Positions 53,874 to 64,000 of a stretch of DNA of 64,000 nt are shown one piece after another (within the stretch, counting starts at the first letter, position 1; every line of letters begins with the position of its first letter). The stretch is from contig JAQGDQ010001033.1 in NCBI GenBank assembly GCA_030141605.1, forward strand, positions 4,729 to 68,728, written 5' to 3'. The translations under genes and the position numbers were made by a program. This DNA is from Tubiluchus corallicola. Its lineage: Eukaryota; Animalia; Priapulida. Below the pieces are notes generated by a model. It was given only the letters and a program-made list of their open reading frames with translations, was not told where the DNA came from and ran no database searches.

Positions 53874-54841
53874 CTATGAATGGGTTTCGCGCGACTCACT
53901 ACATTTTATATCAGCTACACTACGAACGGATTTTCGTAAGAACACTTCTAATCGTTTTCTGGCTTGTTTTTCGTCTTCCATATGCTTACTCATCCAAGTG
54001 ATTTGATTTTCCAAAACAGTAACTTTGTCTTTCAGTGCATATACTGTATCCACTAGGCTTCTCTCCTCCACGATCGTCTGATTCCCCTTCGTTTCCTCGA
54101 TGATGATTTTCTCATCTTCGGCAATGAGAACTTGAGGGCTGTCTAGGAGGGCGGAGTTGACCGTGTAGCGAGTTTTGGCACTAGTACAGTAGCCCTCGAT
54201 CACCCGAAGAACCATTTGGTCATCGGTTGCCATAATGTCTACTTTCTTATTCGGAAGTGCAGACGTGACGGCTTTGCGATGCGATCGCGGACTGATAATC
54301 GCAAGCGGTTCTTTCTCCTTGGCTACGGGAAGACACGGTCGAATCGGAGGAGCCGGCCGAAGGCGCGATATGCTCCACGGTTTACTCGGAGGAAAGGGCA
54401 GAGGTCCACCATGATGAGGTATGGGCAAGGGCGCGGGTTCGAGACGACCCTGCTTGTGTTCGGTCACTGCCACCAGAGCAGGAGACGGTCCCGCCGATAA
54501 CTGCGGCACTGCATACTTTCCGACAGCAACCTGGCTAAGCTTGATGTGTTGGTCAAGTAGTTCCAGCCACTGTTGCTGTTCAGACAATGACCCGCAGATC
54601 ACGGTCATTTGCTCGATAAGCCGACCGGAAAGTTCAAAAGAGTTTTTCGCCTGTTCGCTGTCCTCAAGTTTCTTCACGTTGAGATGCGCCAGCTGAATTT
54701 GACCTTCGTAAATGTAGCAACTAAGTCGATGGCTAACGGATAAGACAACGAGCGTGTACGGAAAAAGAACAAAATAACGATCTTTCTTCTCGCTGCCAGG
54801 ACTGCCGACAATGCTTACTGACGTCATTAGCTTAATTTCAC
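53874..54841 (-). CDS. ARHGEF7: Rho guanine nucleotide exchange factor 7 (beta-PIX)-like, last coding exon (PH, Pro-rich, GIT-binding, coiled coil)
   Basis: Acceptor atttttcag|gt (phase 1). PH motif KKDRYFVLFP, GIT-binding DDQMVLRVIEGYCTSAK, PQVLIAEDEKIIIEE...EERSLVDTVYALKD, coiled coil EDEKQARKRLE; stop at 53874. Confidence 0.95.
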
Positions 54842-55227
54842 CTGAAAAATCACACCAAGATATATGAAAATCACAAATACTTGCGCAGAACAATTTACTA
54901 CAGAGGCGTAGTAGGGGGGGGGCGCGACAGGGGGCAATCAGTCCCCTCTGCAGGAGTGAGAGGGCACAAAAATTCTTCTAGAGTTTAATGACCGCTAATT
55001 ATGTAGTGTTCCGTATACTTCATACTTCACAAGTTTTGCTTCATAAAATTTGTAAGGATTTGAAGAAAATAGGAAGACCATGGCACCTCTATATAGAGAG
55101 CATATTCGATAATACAAATGACTGACATACTTTTTGCAGTTCCGTAAGATTGAAAATCATTTTGAATTCCGAGAATATGCATTTTGTCACATCACAATAT
55201 TTATTGTTTGTTTAAAAAATCTTTTAG

Positions 55228-56588
55228 CACGTCAAGCGCAATTCGATTACTAACACAAAAACAGATTACCTAGAGTTGAGAAGGGTTCCCCACACGCCAA
55301 GCGCAACTCAATTACTAACACATAAACAGATTACCTAGAGTTGAGAAGGGTTCTTCACACGCCAAGCTCAACTCAATTAGTAACACATAAACAGATTACC
55401 TAGAGTTGAGAAGGGTTCTTCACACGCCAAGCTCAACTCAATTACTAACACATAAACAGATTACCTAGAGTTGAGAAGGGTTCTTCACACGCCAAGCTCA
55501 ACTCAATTACTAACACATAAACAGATTACCTAGAGTTGAGAAGGGCTCCCCACACGCCAAGCGCAACTCAATTACTAACACATAAACAGATTACCTAGAG
55601 TTGAGAAGGGTTCTTCACACGCCAAGCTCAACTCAATTACTAACACATAAACAGATTACCTAGAGTTGAGAAGGGTTCTACGCATGCCAAGCTCAACTCA
55701 ATTACTAACACATAAACAGATTACCTAGAGTTGAGAAGGGTTCCCCACACGCCAAGCTCAACTCAGTTACTAACACATAAACAGATTACCTAGAGTTGAG
55801 AAGGGTTCTACGCACACCAAGCTCAACTCAATTACTAACACATAAACAGATTACCTAGAGTTGAGAAGGGTTCCCCACACGCCAAGCTCAACTCAATTAC
55901 TAACACATAAACAGATTACCTAGAGTTGAGAAGGGTTCCCCACATGCCAAGCTCAACTCAATTACTAACACATAAACAGATTACCTAGAGTTGAGAAGGG
56001 TTCTACGCACGCCAAGCTCAACTCAATTACTAACACATAAACAGATTACCTAGAGTTGAGAAGGGTTCCCCGCATGCCAAGCGCAACTCAATTACTAACA
56101 CATAAACAGATTACCTAGAGTTGAGAAGGGTTCCCCACACGCCAAGCTCAACTCAATTACTAACACATAAACAGATTACCTAGAGTTGAAAAGGGTTCCC
56201 CACACGCCAAGCGCAACTCAATTACTAACACATAAACAGATTACCTAGAGTTGAGAAGGGTTCTACACACGCCAAGCTCAACTCAATTAGTAACACATAA
56301 ACAGATTACCTAGAGTTGAGAAGGGTTCCCAACACGCCAAGCGCAACTCAATTAGTAACACATAAACAGATTACCTAGAGTTGAGAAGGGTTCCCCACAC
56401 GCCAAGCGCAACTCAATTAGTAACACATAAACAGATTACCTAGAGTTGAGAAGGGTTCTAGACACGCCAAGCTCAACTCAATTAGTAACACATAAACAGA
56501 TTACCTAGAGTTGAGAAGGGTTCCCCGCACACCAAGCGCAACTCAATTACTAATACTAAACAGATTACCTAGAGTTGAGAAGGGTTCT
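55228..56588. repeat. 65-bp minisatellite (~21 copies) built from the ARHGEF7 exon-2 3' end plus splice donor
   Basis: Minus-strand unit gaacccttctcaactctag|gtaatctgtttatgtgttagtaattgagttgagcttggcgtgtggg; the rightmost copy is the real exon boundary. Confidence 0.96.
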
Positions 56589-56675
56589 CCTTCCCAACCC
56601 TTAATGTTGCCAGTCAGAACTTCAATTTCCATCTCCTTCTGCTTTCGTATTCGTTCACACCGAGTGATAATTTCC
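56569..56675 (-). CDS. ARHGEF7: ARHGEF7-like coding exon 2 (DH-PH junction)
   Basis: Acceptor ttacttgcag, donor tag|gtaatc, 107 nt phase 2/1. Encodes EIITRCERIRKQKEMEIEVLTGNIKGWEGEPFSTL(G), the PIX RK.KELEL.IL...I..WEG motif. Confidence 0.93.
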
Positions 56676-56787
56676 CTGCAAGTAATTGTACCAAAGGGAA
56701 CGGTTAGTCGAAATACATTGAAATTACATATTAAATACATATAGAGTAAGACTCTACCGGTGCATTTATCGTAAATTTATTTGCAAG

Positions 56788-57239
56788 CACACATATCTCG
56801 GTTGCCGGACCTCACTTTTACGGATATCGGAAGAATTGGACAAAATCTGGAGCGATAAAAAGTCCAGCATCCTGCAGACACAGTCCATTGTTTCTGACTG
56901 ACCGCTGTCCGGTAGTTCGGCGGGCCGTTACTTTGTTTACATCATTACATTAGTGTAACCAAGCAGTGTGTAACGACAAGTGTGTAGCTTGTATGTCAGC
57001 ATATTTGAAGTGGTTTTATTAGCATCTGTAACCATACAGACATACAGTTTTTATATACTTCTGCACAGGAGTGGCCCATACTAGACGTTTTCGAGACAAT
57101 TAGGCGATTGATTCTACATTACTGTGAGTATAATACACAGCACCTACTGTATCAGCTTAGTATTGGTAAAATACGGACGACCAGCAAATTCGGACCGACG
57201 TCTCCCCGCTTTTGTCCGGCAAACTGAGGTATGAGTGTA
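56788..57239. mobile_element. Possible Tc1/pogo-like MITE in ARHGEF7 intron
   Basis: Imperfect inverted ends cacacatatctcggttgccggac / gtccggcaaactgaggtatgagtgta. Confidence 0.5.
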
Positions 57240-57501
57240 TACAAAACACCAAATTTTTTTAGGTCCTACCCAAAATAAATTCACAAGACTGTTCATTTGT
57301 TTTTTGAAACAGAATCATTTTTAAAAATGTAAAAAATAGCATATAACTAGCGTACACAAAAACTAAGCAAAAACCAAATTGACAAACTCATTAGAATTTT
57401 GTAATAATTAAATACAATTTAAATTTATTATTACTTTGAAATCTTGTACTATACATAACTGTCTAGCATTATATACACTAAAGAGTCAGCTTCTACGAAT
57501 C

Positions 57502-58038
57502 AACATGTTTATTGAGCTACGATCGTTTCGGCTATTGAAGCCATTATCAAACTATAAATGAAGCCAAAAAAGAGGAATAAATAACACATTAATGATACAA
57601 AGGCACAAACTGAAACTACAAAACAACAGATTAGAATTTAACTTACCAAAATAAACCAGGTTGTAATGGAAGACATTGCAAAGAAATATACAAAATTTTA
57701 CCCAACACATGAAAACCAAAAAAGAACACAACAGGCTAACAACCAAACCAAGTCCACACGATGAAGAACCACAGCAGCAAGAACTACAAGAACACTTGTT
57801 GTGCGCCTGTTGTGTTCTTTTTTGATTTTCATGTGTTGGGTGAAACTTTGTATATTTCTTTGCAATGTCTTCCGTTACAACGTTGTTTATTTTGATAAGT
57901 TAAATTCGAATCTGTTGTTTTGTAGTTTCAGTTTGTGTTTTTGTATCATTAATGTATTATTTATTCATCTATTTGGCTTCATTTATAGTTTGATAATGGC
58001 TTCAATAGCTGAAACAATAGTCGCTCAATAAACATGTT
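57502..58038. mobile_element. Fold-back element with ~250-bp inverted arms; probable Penelope-like retroelement remnant
   Basis: 57502-57750 is the reverse complement of ~57795-58038. Each outer end has ttgataat-ggc-ttcaata-gc(c/t)-gaaac followed by aataaa. Direct repeat gtctagcatta at 57461 and 58039. Confidence 0.7.
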
Positions 58039-58070
58039 GTCTAGCATTAGTCAGTAACTTGATGCCACAC

Positions 58071-58840
58071 CTGTAAACTAGGACAGATCTTTGAGTGTCA
58101 CCTCTGTCTGCGTGTCCTTCGTCCGTCTGCCTTTCTAGCTCTTTCAACATTACAGGATATTTTGAAAGTCGACGAAATGGTAGACTAAGTGACGTTGTAA
58201 GCAGCATGATTCCGGGGGCGGGAGCACCGTGGGATTCCATAAAACTACCCAAACGTTCTTTGTATTTTGTCAACACCAAAACAGCCCAGGGATGATTAGA
58301 ACAGTAATCACCATACAGATCCTTCAGTTTAGGTGCAACGGCTATGAAAATGCCACCGATCCTTTGCTGATGGTACGGCAAAGTAGATGCATCTATTAAC
58401 GAAGCTAGAACAGTTTTTTGAAAGTCTATCACATCATTTAAGTTCGCACACAACTGTTGAAACTCCTGCGGAGTCAGCACTTCGGAGACTCGTAATGGTC
58501 GCAAGTAACTCTGTATCACGGTATCGAGTTCCGATATGTACTGAGTTTCAGTCTCGATTATATCACGCACGACCACAGCATGGTAAGCTCTGATACTCTT
58601 TCGCTTAGAATGTTCTATCTCCGCTATATGAGGAGGGCTCCTGGCTCTATCAGGTGCAATCTCCCTCACATAGTTACTAGGAAACCAACCTGTTCTGTCG
58701 TTAAGCGTCCCCTCCCACCAGCCACCATCCAATGTTTGTGTAACAGTGATTATGTCACCTTTTTTAAAGTTAAGTTCGTCGGTGTTTTGACCCTTAAATG
58801 TATAAATCGCACAAACTTTCATTTTATCACTGCCTTCCAT
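58071..58840 (-). CDS. ARHGEF7: ARHGEF7-like first coding exon (SH3 + DH/RhoGEF)
   Basis: SH3 AIYTFKGQNTDELNFKKGDIITVTQTLDGGWWEGTLNDRTGWFPSNYV; DH IIETETQYISEL...YCSNHPWAV...LTTSLSLPFRRLSKYP; donor cag|gtgtgg; candidate upstream acceptor at 58975 implies a non-coding 5' exon. Confidence 0.96.
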
Positions 58841-59052
58841 TGCATTACAATTGAGTTCACTTCTAAAGACACAACAGCAGACGGAGTTTTGTCACGAATA
58901 TATCTAACATTTCACTCCTACTGTATAACATTCACTTAAGAAAAGCATGAGCAGCAGTAGGAGAAATCTTTATGCCTGCAAATAAAATGAACTAATAATG
59001 ATGAACTACAAACACTTTTACCAAGATATTAATCCATTATCAGGGTTGTACA

Positions 59053-59574
59053 CAGGGATGTTACCAAAACGAATCTTCGCTTATGTTTGCCGATTATTGC
59101 ACTTTTGGTTTCGGCAAAATTTATTAAGTTTTGTAGCTGAAATTTTCGGATAATTTTAGCACTTTTCAAAGATTTTACTATTATTTATCCAATTTACCTT
59201 TTCTTTTCTCCTAGATGTCAAAAACAGCTGAAGAATATTAGCTAAAAGAGTTCAAGTAAAGCAAAAATTTCATTTACATAACAGTTTGTGACGTGCTTTT
59301 CACAGCAATGAGGCATATCTTCAGGGCTGACCACCGTGAGGTTTCAGGGCCTACAGGCCCAGTCAACCGAGATATCAACAAACCAACTCTGAATTTATAT
59401 GAGCAAAATCACATTTAATTTTATAATTTATAAAATATAGGCAACAAAATAAATTTGTTTATTTTTAATGAAGCATTGTGATCTCTAAACTTTAAACGTT
59501 CATTTTTATTTTGGTATCAGTTTCCTATATTTGATAAATTTCGGTTTGTAAATTCAGCTTTGGTAACATCCCTG
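59053..59574. mobile_element. hAT-like MITE
   Basis: TIR cagggatgttaccaaa / tttggtaacatccctg; TSD gttgtaca / gttgtacg. Confidence 0.85.
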
Positions 59575-61479
59575 GTTGTACGATACTGTAAATTTAAACC
59601 TGGGATTGTATAGCTGTTCTTTATAAAAACAACATGAGAGTAATGCATGTCAAATCAATAATTTGTTTTAAGTTTCACTGATTATTTTGTACAGTGTAAA
59701 AAAATTGTTTGAATTTTTATGTTCAAGACCAACGGCAGCAACTGGCTGCAGATACTAAGTGAGTTTTTCTTCTTTGCCCTTTTAGCAAATGTTGTCCTAT
59801 TTTTTTTCAAACAATAGTGTCAGAACTCCTAAGTTTGAATACTAAGCAATGGTACTTTTGTCTTTAGTAACAAAGTTTAGTTAGAAATTTAGACGGCAGT
59901 TATATGTTAAGCTACGGTTATTTTTTGTAAACTTTTTACTGAAATGAACATCTGTATAATAACATAAAGTCCGGTCATGTGAACTTGGCTAATATATTAT
60001 ATAACTTCACTCTTTGGCGATTTAATTTCATTATTTTTATTTTCTTATATATTTTGCAGTTTTTAATGTAAACAAACCACCAATAACTTATAAACTCAAG
60101 AGTTGCAATAAAAGTATTTATAGTAGAATGTTTACATTGTAAAACGCAGGTTTACATTTCTGATAAAACAAATGATTTTATGTGGTTCACCCTTAAGGTA
60201 GTAAAGCTAAGTTCGAATTAAAAAACTATTTTTAATTTTGAACACTTTTGTGTGTGCTGTGGTGTTACCATCCAACAACAAGAAAAAGAAGATATAAAGG
60301 TTGGTGCGTCTTAACCAAAATTAGTGCTATTCAAAGAATCTTTTATATAGAAAATACATTCATAAACTGAATGACTTATAACATTAACTTATCAAGTGAG
60401 TAACTTCATCAGAGATTAAAGCAACGCAATGTAAAATAATGCCAAACTGTTCAAAAAAGCCAGTAAGCGCGTTAAACTGCTAAAATCATTTTTTCAATCT
60501 GGTAAAATATTTAGCAGTAAACTCTAGGATACTGCGATAAGTATGCAGCCAATAATTGGGTCGAAACTGGCCATGAATTTACATCGCACATAAACTTACT
60601 AACTGAGTTTACAGACAATCCCTCTGGTCATCGCATAGTGGCAGCATTACTTAGTATCGTTTAAACCTCAAGTCAGGATTTTAACCTGAACGCATCCGAG
60701 TTTCCCTCTCAACGAATAATGGTTTTATGTTTAGAGCAAAGACATTCGTGTATTCACTGCATCCGTATTAACACAATTGTTCGAAATTAACAACTGGTTT
60801 TGTACAACTGGCTGCAAGTGCTACAAATACAGTCTATCGTCTTACACACTTTTTACGCTAACCCTAAGTCCTCAGCCTAAAAAACAAAATTACAAAAACT
60901 CGTTTCAGATCATTTTGTGCATTCACTCTAGTTCTACCAATAACTCACTGCAGCGTAATATTACTTTAGTAGTTTTTACATGAACACTAATATTAATAAT
61001 GGCACCAAGGCGGTTTCTTTTTTAAATAAAAATTCTTTGTACAAATTAGATCTCTGCTGGTTGTGTGCATCTAAGTAAATAATGGATATTTTCAAATGAA
61101 CTAACCTTGAAAATTATATCTAAGGGCAAAACTCTTATCAATATTCAAGATTATCAAAAACTTGTAAAAACCACAGCTGAAACGAGTCATCCAGTAGTAC
61201 TGCGATCACTAATCAAAGAAACACTGATTTCTAGTCAGTCGTTGATTCTGGGACAAATCGCGTAAAAGTGCAGTTATGATTTAATAATATTCTGTGCAGC
61301 AATATTCTTATCTATGAGCAACATGAGCTCACTGATTTGACTAATGAGTCCTGTTATTAGTAATTAACTAATTATACCATCGCTCCTTTAGTCAGGTACG
61401 CGACATAACATTAATGCAAGTGCCTATTCAGTGACAGATAGTATATGGAGCTCCAAAACCATTTATAGTGTTTTGCACA

Positions 61480-62632
61480 AATTCCTAATAAAGCAATAAA
61501 ATTATCTGCTCCCATCTTAACTCCACATATCTCTTATATATTCAACCAAATGGTAATGAGGGGAAATATATGCAAACAGCTAATGTAACTCCAAAAGACA
61601 AAAGTGGAGACTTTGAAACACCAGAGAATTACCGCCCAATATCATCTATTTTACATGCATTTTCCAAAATTTTTGAAAAGTTAATTTACAGTCAATTATA
61701 CAGATACTTGGAAAACAATAACATTCTAAACAAACATCAATTTGGTTATAAAAAGAAACATAGCACAGTGGACGCAATAATTTATATGACTGAAATATGG
61801 TGCCTTAGGGCCGTACACCAACAGAAAGAAAAGGCATGAAATATATGAAAAGCATCAAAATGAAATACATTCTCGATTAACATCAACTTTTAGGTGAACC
61901 CAGAAAGAACTATCTTCATACGTTTAACACCAAAAGATAATACAAACATATTTTTCAATACAAATGAAATAACTTTAAATATTTTTTAAAAAACAATTTC
62001 TCGGTCAACTACAAGTAAATTTCTAGGCATGGATGTGGACAAAAATTTTTTAAGACTGGGAAAACCAAATGAAAACTATTGTTCAAAAAATGGGCCAAGG
62101 TACATCATTCTTGAAACAAATTGAAGGACAACTCAACACGAAAACAAAACTGCTATTATATAAAACCATGGTGAGTCCCCACTTAACGTATGGTTGCCAC
62201 CTACTTTTAAATATATCTAAAACTTCTCTAAACAGGCTGGAAGTGGCCCAAAATTTGCTCCTAAAGCACGTCCTTCACAACAAGAGCAAAACATTCAGCC
62301 ACAGCGAACAACGAAAAACTAAAAACAGCCACTGTAGAATCTAGTTTCCAATTCCATTCACAAATTTTTCTTTATAAATATTTAAACGATTTAATGCCAG
62401 TTTTCAAAGCCAATGAGCTTCCATTTAATATCGAAAAATGTTAAACCAAAGACCACACAGCATAAAACAAATAAACACATAATATAATAAATATGGACAC
62501 AATTCAGTCTGCGAAGCGGCAATAAATGCATGGAATGCGTGTCCCAGTTAATGTAAAATCTGCAGTGACTATCAAAAATTTCAAAAATGAACTGAAAAAC
62601 ATACTGTACTAGCCTTAATTAAAAAAAAAAAC
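61480..62632 (+). pseudogene. Decayed non-LTR retrotransposon (CR1/L2/Jockey-like) ORF2 fragment with RT core deleted
   Basis: ANVTP..KSGD...PENYRPIS.L..FSKIFEKLIY.QL..YL..NNILNKHQFGY....ST.DAI and downstream KLLLYKTMVSPHLTYG; stops and frameshifts between; A-run at ~62620. Confidence 0.85.
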
Positions 62633-63034
62633 AATATGAAAGATTAAATCACACCTTATTGTCATTATCATCGTTCACCCAGTAGTCTGTAGTGAGTGAG
62701 TTTACCGTTTAAACTTACCGATTACATCACATCAACAAATTTAAACCCAACACACACAAAAATCTGAACAATAATGCGCCCAATTTCAATTTCATACGTT
62801 TAGTATTTGCAAAAATATTGTAAACGTGTTAAATTTTCCGAACTGTGTGAATTGAAATGTGAAATTTTGTGTAGTTATTTAATTAATTACAGCCTCAGTT
62901 GTGTTTTTAATTGTAAATTCATTTCATTGTATAACAGTATTGCTCACAGCAGTGGAAACACTGGTTATAATATCAATTTTTGAATATTTAGTTTACCGTA
63001 CAATGAAGTGTAATTTTCATAGTAATAACGAATT

Positions 63035-64000
<966 letters not shown>

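Overview
Repeat-rich, AT-rich animal (invertebrate-like) genomic DNA, not prokaryotic, with one 630-nt assembly gap. Two spliced minus-strand genes could be assembled by hand. (1) A complete three-coding-exon ARHGEF7/beta-PIX-like RhoGEF (58840->53874; SH3-DH-PH-GIT-binding-coiled coil, about 614 aa). (2) The 5' part of a P5B-type ATPase (ATP13A3-like polyamine transporter), with six phase-compatible exons from 21295 to 2836 that continue off the left edge, plus a probable alternative first coding exon at 13893-13600. Roughly 30% of the window is unrelated minisatellite arrays (units of about 24-148 bp). Several are demonstrably amplified from local sequence: a hAT MITE terminus, the left end of a TTAA/Kolobok-like MITE (twice), an RTE LINE fragment, and the ARHGEF7 exon-2 splice donor (about 21 copies). 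Also present are many non-autonomous elements (hAT MITEs with 8-bp TSDs, TTAA-flanked MITE families, tRNA-, 5S- and RTE-derived SINE-like pieces, a decayed LINE) and a ~540-bp fold-back with degenerate hammerhead-like motifs in an ARHGEF7 intron. Family assignments come from recalled motifs, not database searches. Most long ORFs in the track are repeat artefacts.
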